From: Harriotta raleighana
Taxonomy: Eukaryota
Direction of reading: 5' to 3'
Length of the DNA stretch: 64,000 nt
NCBI GenBank assembly: GCA_050575255.1
Contig: JBNZDD010013698.1
Location: 4,568,588 to 4,632,587, forward strand
A model generated the notes under the pieces. It had not been told where the DNA came from. It saw nothing but the letters and a program-made list of their open reading frames with translations, and made no database searches. Below, one piece after another: positions 39,416-51,971 of this stretch (position 1 is the first letter of the stretch; each line of letters starts with the position of its first letter). The translations under genes were made by a program, and so were the position numbers.

Positions 39416-40360
39416 AATAAGAAATTAAGTTAAGAAACACCAGAAATAAGACAGTTTATGGGTTAAAATACTGTGTATTGATTATATACTGCCAAGACAA
39501 TATGATGAAAATATACTAACTCCATTAAAAAAAAACACACCTGTATGGTCACGATGTCACTTGCTAATAAATGAATGACAGGAAACTGAACTTGTATGGC
39601 AGCCCTGGGCAACAATTTTCACCATTATAGAAAACAGTATCGGTACTGGCCAAAGGTTGTGCTGTTCCTGCTAAGCATTCAATTACATAATGTCTGGAGT
39701 AACTTGCTTTGGAGGCCACTTTCGTCAGTTGTCACCAGTGAACAAAAACACATACTGCCACATCTGTGGTAATCCTGTCACCAATGCCATCTGTCCAAGA
39801 TAAAAATATACGTCTAAAATGATACATATAAAACCAGGATCCTACATCAACAGAATAAAAATATTAACAACTGTATTTCATCAATGAACTTAAAGTTCAA
39901 ACTCAATTGTTAAAGCATTTGGCTTTCCTTTTTGGAACCTTCCGTAATCTTATATGCAAACCCTCTGCAATTCATTTTAGTTTTTCTAGTCATGTATGTG
40001 TTTATCACGTTTCTTTCATAATTTTCGTTCATCATTTCACAAATGGTGGTTGCATTAATGTTTCAGACATTCATGTCTGGTAAAGAAATCAAGGTTTTCT
40101 ATGTTTGATTAGTTAATTGGTCTTGTCAAAAGCATCACATATTTAGTAGCTAGTGTAATTTGGGTTTATTGGGCCTGGAGACTTGCAGAGAACTACTATA
40201 CATCTCAATTCAGATTGATTTCCTTTGAGGAAAGTCAATTTTCCTGGTTCAGATCTACCTCAGAGTTCAGATCAAAACAATGTACTGAATATATACTGTG
40301 TATATGTATTAATAAATATATAAACACAATGCGTTTGTTGCAAATGTATGCATTTCTCAC

Positions 40361-40386
40361 CTTCAGTTCTTCAAGTGAAAAATTTC
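40361..40386 (-). CDS. Candidate microexon GNFSLEELK
   Basis: Strong AAG|gtgaga donor; acceptor weak and ambiguous (exon start 40386 or 40394). Confidence 0.4.
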
Positions 40387-40989
40387 CTTTGTAGCTTTTA
40401 AAGTATGTACAGGATACTATCAATAACAAGCAAGCCTACATTGTGGGTTCTCTATGCAGCCTCAATTTATTTTATCTCTTTCATAGTTTCTTCTCAGCAA
40501 AAGTCCTTTGTCTCTTTTACTACCTAATATTTCTTTTTCATTACCATAATTCTTTTGCTTTTTACCACTTCCATTTGCTCTCATCTCTTCACATCTTTTT
40601 GAGACTCTTGTTTTACTTATTTTCCTTTACTTTTCACAGTCTCCACGATCCGCAGTTTACTTCTCCACTATCACTATTTTTCTAACGTCACCTCTCAGTT
40701 TATTTGTGTTTTCCGTTTACTTCAATTTTCCCATTTCATCCTCTACTTTCAGTTCTCTCTCCTCCATTTTTCTCACCAATGCATATGGCAATTAACAAAG
40801 AAAAATACCCAGTTTTCTAAAGCCAAATTTAATAAGAAACATTTTGTGAGTTGGACTTTCTGTTGCCTCAGTGGAGAGGAGATATAATGGTGTGATACAA
40901 AAGTCATTAATGGAACGATATGACCGTATGCTGTTGCAAATATACCATAATGAAGACAGAGGCCTCACAAAAAAACATTAGAGCTTTAT

Positions 40990-41258
40990 GATAATAATAA
41001 TCTTTACATTAGTTATAGAGATTTTCATGTATACTAGACGAGATTCTCAAAGTGCTTTATAAAATATACTGTAAAGTGAGTGAATTGCACACAGCTTTGG
41101 CCCACAAACAGTCATGGATTGAAGTGACTAATTGTTTTTGAGGGATTATTATCAGGCGGTGGAGTAAGGAAACTTGCCCAAGGTTTTGCCCTATGGGGAA
41201 TTGAACCCAGGTCTCTCGCTTATAAGGCGAGTGCTCTAACAACCGAGCTACAGGATTC
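40990..41258 (-). mobile_element. tRNA-headed SINE
   Basis: Same family. Confidence 0.9.
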
Positions 41259-41302
41259 CTGTACCTTTACATGAAAGCAGAACAGAAGACTGGTAGCACC
41301 GG

Positions 41303-41615
41303 CAGAGGCGTTTTTAAGTCTTCAAACTACTTGGTGCAATTTTCTGAGGGGGCGCGTCACTGACAGTAAGTTTAATAAGTGTGCATGCGCAATTTTATCT
41401 TATGCAAAAATTAACTTTCGGTGGGCAAATTGCCTCTTTAGGCAGATCGCCTGCTCCGCCGGGCTGGGGAGAGCTCTGGTTTTCGGTATATTTAACAAAA
41501 GAAAGAGCACAGCACACTCAAATCCTCCCATTTCAATGATTTTTTGCATTACTTTGGGGGTCCGCAACATGAGAGGTGCGTTGCACTGATTGCACCAACG
41601 TTAAAAACGCCTCTG
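41303..41615. mobile_element. hAT-like MITE
   Basis: Perfect 15-bp TIR cagaggcgtttttaa; 8-bp TSD agcaccgg/agcactgg. Confidence 0.85.
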
Positions 41616-41819
41616 AGCACTGGTAACACCTGATATCTTTGCGCATCTCGTAACTCCCACTGTCATTATTTTAGAAGCAGATCATGGAAATATATTTATA
41701 ATGTTGTACATATCAGAGGGTTCAACATATGTCACGTGATCTGAATGTTAGTTTGCTACAAGCATTTTCCTGACATAGGAGGCAATGTAAAATGGGGAAT
41801 ACTTAAAAATCAGCATCAC

Positions 41820-41846
41820 CTCCATTTGGTACTGTGTTGCAAACCT
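41820..41846 (-). CDS. Candidate microexon EVCNTVPNG (phase 1 to 1)
   Basis: ttgtgtttccag acceptor, GAG|gtgatg donor, 91-nt intron from the previous exon. Confidence 0.4.
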
Positions 41847-41937
41847 CTGGAAACACAATAGAACAGCATGAAGCTACGTTTAAGTGCCATTTGTCAATCC
41901 AAACAATGTGCTTTAGTTTCATTCTCAGCACAGCTAC

Positions 41938-41992
41938 CTTTGTTGCATAGTGAGAGATTTCCATTTCTGAAATCAGCATTTTTGTGTCCTCT
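41938..41992 (-). CDS. Candidate exon RGHKNADFRNGNLSLCNK (phase 0 to 1)
   Basis: ttctattcag acceptor, AAG|gtagct donor, 55 nt open in phase with exon 1. Confidence 0.45.
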
Positions 41993-42469
41993 CTGAATAG
42001 AATTGACAATGTTGTGCCAAATTCCTGTGCGTTCTACTACAAGGTACTGTTTGACAATCCTTTGTGTATTTCCTAGTCTATAATTATGAAAGTAATTGAC
42101 ATGCAGCTAACCCTCGCCGAAGGCGACTTTTTCGATTGCGAATTCAAGTATACGCGACGAAACAAAAGCATCACTTTTTTGTGCACCGCGAGTAAAACTT
42201 GTGGATACGCGCTGGCTGGCCCCCGTGCGCATGCACACGGGTGAAGATGCCGATAGCTCCTGACTAGATCCGATGATTCCTCAGCTGGCTGGTTACACGT
42301 GCATTTTTAACGAGGCCGGCAGATCCCGACTAAAGCCGAAGCCCTGCGCGCAATGCATTCTGGGTAAATAGAATAACGCTTCGGCCTCGGAGAATCTTAT
42401 TGTGTTGCATGGTAAACAGAAGAGACAGAGAGAGAGACAGGAATCGTACAGCAATGTAGGCAAATCTAC

Positions 42470-42481
42470 CTGTTGTTTCAT
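42470..42481 (-). CDS. Candidate first coding exon segment (MKQQ)
   Basis: GCA ATG AAA CAA CAG|gtagat inside the CpG island. Confidence 0.5.
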
Positions 42482-42504
42482 TGCTTTTTTTTTATTGCTT
42501 TACT

Positions 42505-42547
42505 GCTTTGTTATCACTTTATTATAGCAATAAAGCGATAACAAAGC
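42505..42547 (-). repeat. 19-bp stem-loop in the putative 5' UTR
   Basis: gctttgttatc-a-ctttatt atagc aataaag-c-gataacaaagc on the + strand. Confidence 0.85.
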
Positions 42548-42729
42548 CGCTGTAACTTTTCTATGTCCCCAGTATTCGGCTTTCCGAGCGGCTCGCTGAG
42601 TCTCCCTGCGCCTCCAAGTGGTTCTTTGTTCCCTCCCCCACCGGCCGCCCGACCGCTGCTCTCCCCGATTTCTCTCTGCCTCCCTCCTGGGCTGCCCTGA
42701 TTTGCCCACTTCCTGGGTGGTAGGAGAGA

Positions 42730-42865
42730 CGAGCGCAAGAAGAGTGGGGGGTTGGGGAGGGGAGGAGCAACAAGAGTGGGGAGAGGCGGGCGGAGCGAGG
42801 AGCAGGCCAGTGAGCTAGAGCTTGCCTCAGTAGGTACCTTGCATCGGGTGAGCTGGAGGCTTGAG
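42730..42865 (+). other. Candidate non-coding first exon of a divergent plus-strand transcript
   Basis: Consensus donor GAG|gtgagt at 42866 at the island edge; 5' end unknown. Confidence 0.5.
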
Positions 42866-45819
42866 GTGAGTAGCCTGCGACTGGATTCCCCTAATCCCCT
42901 TTTCCCATTACTTTTGAAGCTTCTCTAACACGAACTTGTTGAGTGCGCAGTTTTCCTGGAACATAACCCCCACAATCGACGAGGGTTAACTGTATTGTAT
43001 GGATGGGATGATCTATGATGCAGCTTAATATATCTTTTCTTGCTTCATTTGAAAAGTTTTTCAGTAAGTTTCACATTTATGTAATATTTACCAAAATTGT
43101 AATTTTTTCTATTTTTTTTCATTCAAATGTACAGTATTTTTATTTTTGCAATTGATTTTTTTTCCATTTTTCCCTTCGGTTTCCAATAAAACTCACTATG
43201 TTTTCCCCAGTAGGAAAAAAATACATCCATCACAAACTTCTGGTTGCTGTTTCTCCCAGGCAGCTTGGCTGATTTAGAGACACTCCACTATATACTGTAA
43301 TGAATGGAAGAGGAAAAGTGCTGAGAGGCTTGTGTTACCAGAGGCACATTCATTTACTCAGCGATGCTGAGAACTTTGTGCTTCTTTGTAGCTTTCAAAG
43401 AAAGGAGGAGGGGAAGAAACTGAAACAAATGCTTTAAAAACTGGTTGGACTCAAACTTAACAACCTCAAAATGTTCTACAAAAGACAATAGCTCCATGAA
43501 GCCACAGCCAACAGCAGAATGAATAAAAGCCCAACAAAACTCAAGCTAATGGTCGTGCAACTTCACTCTGTGTGTAAATGTCAGGCATACAGAGGCTATA
43601 AGATCGTTCCATTTGGGTGTCTTACGTTTACTGGAGGAAATCAGATCAGGAGCATTTTTCAACTGTCAGCCGACACATTTGCACTTCGATAATTATTAAC
43701 CCTTAGCGGGCTGCTCGTAAATTTCCAGCCTGTACTCTAAGGAATGATTAGGCTTTTGTAAGGATAATGAAAACTAATAGCTGTGCATAGCATAAATAAA
43801 TCAATTTGAATATTCATCATCACAGTAAGCACAGCTATCACATAGAAAGCTGCCTATCCTGAAAGGCACCATTTTCACCATAGGTTTCTGACACCATTTT
43901 GAATAAGATAAGGTAAATCGTAAAGGATCTTATTCCCCAATGTACTGCACAAATTCTTAATCATAAGGACATTTAATATACAATAATAATGATGCATTTA
44001 ATTAATTAAATTGGTACTGCCCCAAGAAACTGTGGTTTGCTCCAGAATATGTGTCATTCGATAATAAAGTAACATTGAAATGTTGAATATGTATTTAAAT
44101 AAGACAAAAATAATTAATCACCATTACAATCAAAAAAATTCAGTTTCAGCTTGCAAAATATTTATCGCCTGATAGTTTAGTTTGCAATCTGCTCTGTTTA
44201 GAAATTGTCTTACATTACAATATTCGTACCTGCCAATTGGGCCTCAATGCTTTAGTACAAGCTACTAGTACTGCCTCATCTGTTCATCCTATGTTTTATA
44301 CTCACAGATAGAGGCTCCTATAACTAGGGCATTCGACTATGATTCAACAACAACATTTATATAGCACCCTTCACACGGGGCAGTGTCCCAGGATGCTTTG
44401 ATTCATGTTCAACTCTAGTAGTGCAGAACTCAACTGCAATAAGTTACTTCCATTCCTAAAGCCCATGGAAAGGCTTAACAGTGTGCTTGGTGGCGTTTGT
44501 CAACAGAAAGAAAACCTGGAAACACCAGAGACCCCCAATTTCTCATGATATTAGCCTAAAGACCATTGTTTAGAATGTAAGATTGTGTAGAATTTGGGAT
44601 TTTAAAAAAATTCAGTCTTAATTTGGAAATGGGTTTACTGCAGCCTTAAGAACTGCAGTAAACTCACTGCCAAACTAGGACTGAAATGAATAATTTTTCA
44701 AAGTTCTGCAGAATCTTAAATTTTAGGACAATGTCTCCAGGCTGTGAACAAGAAGTACCAGGTTTTGGTTCTTAAAAAAAAATCATAAATAAGCCCCCAT
44801 TTTGGTATATTACAGTATATTCAGTATATACAGTAGACATGTGCTATATCAAATGTAAGGATTATTTTGTGAAGCACTTTGAGGCATCAAAAATATATGA
44901 TAAGGCACTATATCAAATGCAAGAATAATTATTCTTTCAAACTAAAATGAACTAGAATCATTAGCAACAGTCTTTGATTTTGCTCTACCTATTGCCGATC
45001 ATTTTGTTCTGAATATTTTATCTTACATTAAATGCAAAATCATCAGGGGATTTGATCTGAAAAAGCTATTGACTCCAAACAGCTTAAGTGAGCTGATTAA
45101 CATGCTTGGCTGAAATGGCAATATTATTCAAGTATACCCTCTACACACTGCAGGGCTCAATATTTTCTTCAAATAAGTTCTGTAGATGATATATAACAGG
45201 CTTACAGTGAGTGATGACATTACAGAAAATAAAAAGGTGGTCAAGCATAAAGAATCAGGGGAGAGAGGCATTCATGATGGATTTGGGACTCAAACCTCTT
45301 TTTACTTCAAAAAACTCAGTTGGGTGAAATGTACTTCTATGATCATAGTTCTCCATTTTCATTTTATAATAAACTAGCTTGTACCTGTTGCAGCTACGCC
45401 TTGCAACCAAAGGTTCCAACATGGAATGTCATTGACATACAGACGGGCACACATCTTTATCTATACTCATTTGGGTGGAAATCTGTGGGAGGACTCCTTT
45501 TGGGAGGAATCAGTGGGAGGACTCATCACTTTAAAAATTTAATTTTGCTGTTGCCACAGTGGCCTAGTTTGAACTGTGTTCTTTATTTTGTTCCTGCAGC
45601 TTGGCACCATGTGTGCTCTGTGACACTAGATGTCACAACGCGAGTCAGCCATGGTGGCCATCAGATGTAACTGCAACGTGTATGTATATACTGTACAGTA
45701 CATAGGTGCTCTGTGACACACAGTGCCAGTTTGCCTAGATGGCCACGAGTATGACTGTAGCTAAAACGCAAAAAGGAACATACCTTATGCAGGATAGAAA
45801 ATACCTGAAAATAAATATA

Positions 45820-46817
45820 CAGGTATCCCCGATTTATTATGTCTCTATTTACACGTTTTCGATTGAACAAACAAGATTTTTTAACTCCTTTTTATCGATT
45901 TACAATATTTTGTTTTGTTTTAATGACAAAAAATGTTGCGCTTTTTTTTGCACATGCACAGTATATAGTGTATTTTGCAGTAAAATCCTAGTCGTATACT
46001 GTATCCAAGCATTTGAACTGGCTAATAGCATGTCGCTAAGTTAGTGGTTCCCAACCTTTTTTTGCTGAGACCCAAATTAGCCTCCCACCACTAGAGGGCG
46101 ATATCGCGATTGACATTCAGCTCAGCCAAAACGTTTTCTCTGTCTGTTTTGTGGACTCAGCTCTTTTGTAAGTAATAATAATAATAATCCTTGCATTTGA
46201 TATAGCGCTTTTCACATCTTATCAACGTCCCAAAGCGCTTCACAGAATATACTGTAAAGTGAATTGACTGTATATTTGTGGGCGGAACGCGGCAGCCAAT
46301 TGCGCACAGCAGTGTCCCACAAACAGTCATAGATTGAAATGACCAATTTTATTATTACGCTCTTTATACAAATTGGTTGGCGGAGTTGCATTTTTTTTAG
46401 CGTTGAAAAGCTTTTTTTTTTAGCAGTAATAGCTTTTTTTTTAGCGTTAAAAGCTTTTTTTTGTGTTTTAAAAGCCAGCTTCTTTTGAAGCGCAATTTCA
46501 AGCGATTTACAGCCTCTACCGCATTTCTACAATGTCAGAAAAGAGACCGGTAAGTGAAATGAGCAGCAGTAATACCGCTAGTGCTAAGAAACCCCGCAAA
46601 GTCATTACTTTAGATACTAAATCTTTCCAATGTGTGTTATTTTGTATGTTATCTTGTGTGTTATTTTAGTGGGTTTAAGGTCCAAAAATTTTGTCAAAAG
46701 AATGCATCTAGGGTTATATAATGGGACCGCATGGAAAACCGCTTTCAAATTTATGACATTTCGATTTGTGTGACGTTTTTTAGGAACGCAAACCTGTCAT
46801 AAATCAGGTGATACCTG
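45820..46817 (+). mobile_element. Internally deleted Tigger/pogo-like DNA transposon with a nested SINE
   Basis: TA-flanked TIRs caggtatccccgattta / taaatcaggtgatacctg; transposase N-terminus MSEKRP..KKPRKVITLDTK at 46532-46621. Confidence 0.85.
46088..46101 (+). promoter_or_regulatory. CTCF motif
   Basis: ccactagagggcga matches the CCACYAGRGGGCR core. Confidence 0.6.
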
Positions 46818-46949
46818 TACTCTTGTCACTCCCAATTGCTAGACCTTTCCAATGAGGTACAAATCATATCACTAATCAATCGGTTATTGATATCCTTCTT
46901 GAAGCACAGACAGATATTATTGTTTCATTAGTATGTCATACTGTATATA

Positions 46950-47900
46950 CAACAACTTGCACTTACCTAGTGCCTTCCATTCTGGATAGAGCACGTAAGA
47001 GTGGTGAAGCCTGACTCTGAGCTGGGGGGAGTTCGGGATGGTGGGAGGTAGCCATAAGCACGGTTGAAGAGGAAAGTTTTCATGCGAGAGTTGAATAGGG
47101 GGAGTGAGGAGGCAAGGTAGAGGGATTGAGGAAGAGTGTTTTGGAGCATGGTGTCTGAAATCACGACCTACGATGGTGGGGCAGAGGGTGCGAGGGAGAA
47201 GAAGGAAGCCTGTGCCAGTTGAGTGGAGGCCCAAGGGGGATGAATTGGGGAGTAAGGAAGCCGGAGTGGTAGGAAGCTGCATGGGAGTGAGTTGATTTGA
47301 ACATGAGTGGAGAGTGAGTGGATTTGAACTTCTATATATACATATACTGTATATATACATGTATAGATATATAAAGATAGATTCCTAGCACAAGAAAACA
47401 AGAATTATTCCTCATCATGTATTTGTATTGTTTAACAGGATGTGCAATGAAACTGCTGATGCAGTTCCCATGATGCTGTTTAGAATGTAGACAGATTATT
47501 TTTATTGGGTCAAACTATCATTTAGCTGGGTGCATCCCAGTGAGAAACAAGCAGAAGACCAGAAGCAGAAGAGTGGAGGTTACAGGCACGGAAACAACAG
47601 TAAATTACATTTTTCATATTGGGATAATGCCCCAAAGACAGTCAAGGATTACACCTGAGCTGGGGGTTGGGATCAGGAGGTAGTGACCGAATGCACAGTT
47701 CAAGGGAGGTAGAGCGAAAGCACGGTGGAGGCAATGAGTTAGAGTTTGGTGTTATCTGCATATATGTGGAAATAAACTCCATATCTGCAGAAGATATCAC
47801 CATGCAGGAACATGTAGATATTGAAGAGGTGAGGACCAAGGACAGAGCGCTGAGGTTCGCTGCATGAAGTGAGAATGGCAAGGGGGAAGCAATTTGCAGG
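46950..47900 (-). mobile_element. Two old L2 fragments (about 46950-47330 and 47590-47900)
   Basis: KTFLFNRAY motif; degenerate RT core; tails. Confidence 0.75.
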
Positions 47901-48744
47901 CTAGGACGAGGAACTTCAACTTGATTGACTGGGGTCTGGGAGCTTTTGCAGCCTGGTGATGATGGGGATAATTGTTGTGCAGAGCCTTGAGCTAGGCCCA
48001 GAGCTAGAATCAGATCAACCCTGTTTCTCACATCAATCTGCTGATCCCTGAGGACATACAAGGCATCACCATTGTATATTTTTGTACAATACCACTGTGC
48101 AGTAAAAAAATGTGAAACACTTTGAAACAACATAATAAGGTGCCATATCAATAGCAAGCACTATTATTATTATTATGTTGATGTTTTAGTAGAGACTGGA
48201 ATTTCTGCCTCATCCTATGCTTTTTACTCACGGGTAGTGAGTAGGGTAGGCTCTTGAAACTTAAGAATTCTGCTATGATTCATGCTCAACTATAGCAAAA
48301 TAGAAAATAATAACCCACTGTCTTCATTCACTGTCAATTGATCATGTTCTGGTTAAGCTTTTCCCGTCAGCAACATAGTCTATGAGTTGCATATAAAATT
48401 AAAAGGCAAAATTCCAGCTATTAAATAAGCCATACTTAAAAAGAGATGAGATGTGTTTTCTATGCATCTGGGCATGAAATTGTACTAGTTCCCAGCTAAT
48501 TTCTTTGCAAATTTATATATACTAATATTATTGTTGGAACAATTTGCTTATAGTAAATTCACTTATCCCTGAACATCCATAGCAAATATTCTTTAGCATA
48601 GTTTTCATTTGGAACCAAATGAGCCAGCAAGTACTCATGCTCCGTGGATCCTTTATTCCAAATATTTCAAAACACATGTGCAGGCTTCCCCACATAAATT
48701 GGCTGGTTTAGGCAATACTCATTGTAGAACTAAGACAATATTTT

Positions 48745-49065
48745 GTGTCAGCCTTGCTCAGTTGACTCGGGAGCTAATCTTAGGTAAGGCATCACAAGTG
48801 GCCTCGATAGTCTTCAGCTCGGGAGGGAAACCAAAGTCAGCCAGACTTCAAGTACCATACATCTTGTGGAAAGTGTATGTGAGGACATTATGTTGAGGAC
48901 AAGAACAGTTTGGGCATTGTGGTCCCACAAGCATTCCAATGGTCCCAAAGCTCTCCAGCATTCACTGCTTAAGGTCACACTAGAAGAATGAGCACCTTCA
49001 TAAGGTACCAGTAAGGTACCACCAGAGAAACACTACTCCAGCAAGAGCCACTGCTTTCAGCAAAG
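48745..49065 (+). mobile_element. Old LF-SINE-like element
   Basis: Ordered matches to my recollection of the LF-SINE consensus (tggcctc, gggagggaaa..tcagcca, ggaaagtgt, gaggaca, tcactg..gtcacac, gaagaatg). Confidence 0.65.
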
Positions 49066-49589
49066 AAAAAAATAACCTGCATTTTTAACAGCATCTCTCA
49101 CATTGAAACATCTCAATACAGTTTACAGTAATTGATTTGTAAGTATAATAACAGTTTTGTAGGCAACCGCCATGAGCTCAATACCTAACTTATATAATTT
49201 ATTTATATATTTAGAGAGGACAACGGGAGAAGCTTCCTTCTCTTTGCAAATACGTAGTGTCATTGGATCCTTAAATTTCTGGCTAAAGAATAAGTGGATA
49301 AGTCTTCATGTGACAATAAGGCTCCCCAGTACTGTACAAGGGTATCATGCTAGATTAAGAACTCAAATCCCAACATGAGGCTTAAATCCACAATCTTCTG
49401 ACCCAAAGGCAGTAGCAAGTTAACACCTAAGAAGATGCAGAGATGGGTGTGGGGGGAAGGAACAAGAGGAGATGTGAACTGAACAAGTACACAATCTAGT
49501 TTAAGTATTTATTTAAAATATGTTGAGGCTTTACAAGTAAAATATGTTGAGGCTTTACAAGAATTCTTCCTGATTGCAAATTAAATAAA

Positions 49590-49860
49590 TAAAAGCTGGG
49601 CCATTTAGGCGTGAAATCAGGAAGGGCTTTTTCACACAAAAGGGAGTTGAAATCTAGAACTCTCTTCCCCAAAAGGCTGTGGATGTCGTATCCATTAAAA
49701 TGTTCAAGCCTGAGGTGGAAAGATTTTTGTTAGGCAAGGTATCAAAGTATATGGGGAAAGATGGGTAATTGGAGTTGAGGTACAGATCTACCATGATCTA
49801 GTAGAATGGTGGAACAGACTTGAGAGACTGAATGGTCTACTCATGTTCTTATGTTCCTAT
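49590..49860 (+). mobile_element. CR1 3' end
   Basis: ttttcacacaaaagggagttgaaatctagaactctct segment and ttcttatgttcctat tail. Confidence 0.85.
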
Positions 49861-51957
49861 GATTGATACCTGGAATAATACACTTGGGCGAACTACAGAA
49901 TGAGGATGTGTTCTGCACATCTGAATCTGAAGCATTGTACAGGGACTTTGTAAGACAGTTTATCTTCCTAGTGAGCATGTAAACTATCATATACCAGTAC
50001 CTTTTTTTAAATTTTATGCATTGATAAACATGTGCAATTCCCATGTGTAATTCTTTAATCTGTTGTTTTGTTTCCTTTGTCACAATCCACCTCCTTCCTT
50101 CTTCACAAAATCAATTCTCACATGAATGTGCTCAACTAAACATTCAAGAAAAGTAATTTCAAACACCTGGTGATAATTTAATTGTCTATTTTATTCAATT
50201 GCTATTTCAGTTGATTTGTTCAAATGTACCCATTACAGAAAATTGTTCAAATAGCCTTAACTGAGCAAGCAAAGGGACGTTTTGCTTTGCATTTGATTCC
50301 TTGCCACACCTTCCTTGCCGTGGTCACCCCACGACATGAAAAATATGTTCCATTCCCTCAGCCAGTGTGCGATAATTTGACAGATTCACAAAATAGTTAT
50401 AACTGGTAAACCTGAATGTGTTCAAGGTCAATCTGCTGAAACTCCAATCTCAGTGAAGTCTGTTGGCTTGTGGCCAAAGGAGCAGCAGGAAATGACTCTC
50501 ATTGGCTACCCGTTAGCCAGTTCTGGTACTTCTGATACATAGACAATTTGCCAGTTATGAATATTTTGCTTGTTTCACAGATTAGACCTCAGTTAAAAAA
50601 AACACACATGAGCATAAAAGGCATTTGTGCTGCCTTTGCTTGGCTGAGGCTGCAGACCAGCCATAGACATTGTTTCACTGTCTATGCATTAGATTTACAG
50701 ATATTTTTTGAATTCATATTATAATGACTCAGCAAGAATGATGAATTGTTCAATAACATTGGCAGTAAACCTGTAATTGAGACCCTGGTTGGCATTTCTG
50801 CACTGGTAAAGCATCACTGGGTACATTGTAAGGTACTTAGCTAAAGAGATAATGGTTACAGTTGTGAAAACCCAAATATCCAAAAGAGTCAAGTAGACTA
50901 AAATTGACAGCTTTTGTTAATGTTGAAAATCTGATTTACTGAAATTTTATTTACAATTTATTTTGTAATAAAACAAATAGGATAACCATGTGAAAATGGC
51001 TAAAGAATTAAATCAAGAGTTGCTGAGTGAAGCTGTCAAATCCCTTGTGGCTTGACATGCACACCAGAATTTCAACTATCAAATCTACACACATCTACTT
51101 TCAGCAGTCAGAAACTGGAACAAAAATCCACAGATACTCCAAGCATTTGTACGATCTTTCTTTTTTTTTGAAGGGTATCATAGGGATGAATGTACAGTAT
51201 TTGATATAAATTAGTTTTCACAAACATGGGATGTTCTTTATATTATATGATTTGTGTTTGCGATACACTGAGAATTATTCTTTCTTTGAAAAGACAATTT
51301 GATTAGCACAAGATTGTTACAGGTCCTGCACTTCAGAGGGCTAATATATGTTGTGTTGAAAAGCTGAAAGCTGGATGTTTGAATGCATTGAGTAAGTGTG
51401 AATCAATCATACATGGCAACCCTTAGTTATGAATATCAGCAAATAGTCTAATGCTCATGAAGCAATTTAATTTTTTAATAGGTACAAACTCCTGTATTCT
51501 TATATGGAATTGTGGAATTGTGTACTATTCGCTTTGGTAAGAATAGATTAAACTAACTAAACTAACTCAGCGCTCAATTTCTTAAAAAAGATGTGTAAAC
51601 ATTGGAAAACGTGTGAACAACATTAGCTGGTCAGCTCACTAAAATCTATTCATTGCAGAGTCGCAAGTCTTTTTTAATATATAAATGTTGTACCTTGTTG
51701 CTTGGTTTTCAGTTTCGGATCTATGTTTAAGTGTCCTCCCGACGTGAAAGGCGCTCAATAAATGTGATTGTGTTTGTTGTTGTTGTTGTTGTCGGAAACA
51801 TGGTGGCTAGAATTTAATTTCAAATGTATGTCTATTTTTACGATTTAAGATCTATTAACAGGAATGTAAGGCAAAATGACCATGGCTCTTAAAGGTGATC
51901 ACTGATTATTAGTGATGACAGAGGGGGATTTTTGTGACAGTTAATCAAAAGAATGGA

Positions 51958-51971
51958 CCACTAGGGGGAAC
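51958..51971 (+). promoter_or_regulatory. CTCF-like motif
   Basis: ccactagggggaac in unique AT-rich DNA. Confidence 0.45.

Larger units (their letters stand above)
936..42481 (-). other. Span of candidate multi-exon protein-coding gene (divergent START-like domain protein); probably continues past window start
   Basis: Chain of AG/GT-bounded short exons on the minus strand, starting at a CpG-island ATG. Central exons 35287 to 10327 join in consistent phase without stops. N- and C-terminal parts are only partly resolved. Confidence 0.6.
42100..42900. promoter_or_regulatory. CpG island, candidate bidirectional promoter
   Basis: Most CpG/GC-rich non-repeat stretch in the window. NRF1-like gtgcgcatgcac at about 42225, ETS cacttcctg at about 42707, GC box gaggcgggcgg at about 42783. 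Splice donors face outward on both strands. Confidence 0.8.

Noticed and set aside
39541-39790. Three further small minus-strand exon candidates
   Set aside because: Splice-like sites are present, but I could not join them in consistent phase with introns over 70 nt; left unresolved.
42500-42818. Overlapping ORFs in the CpG island
   Set aside because: Expected from high GC content; no protein-like signal.
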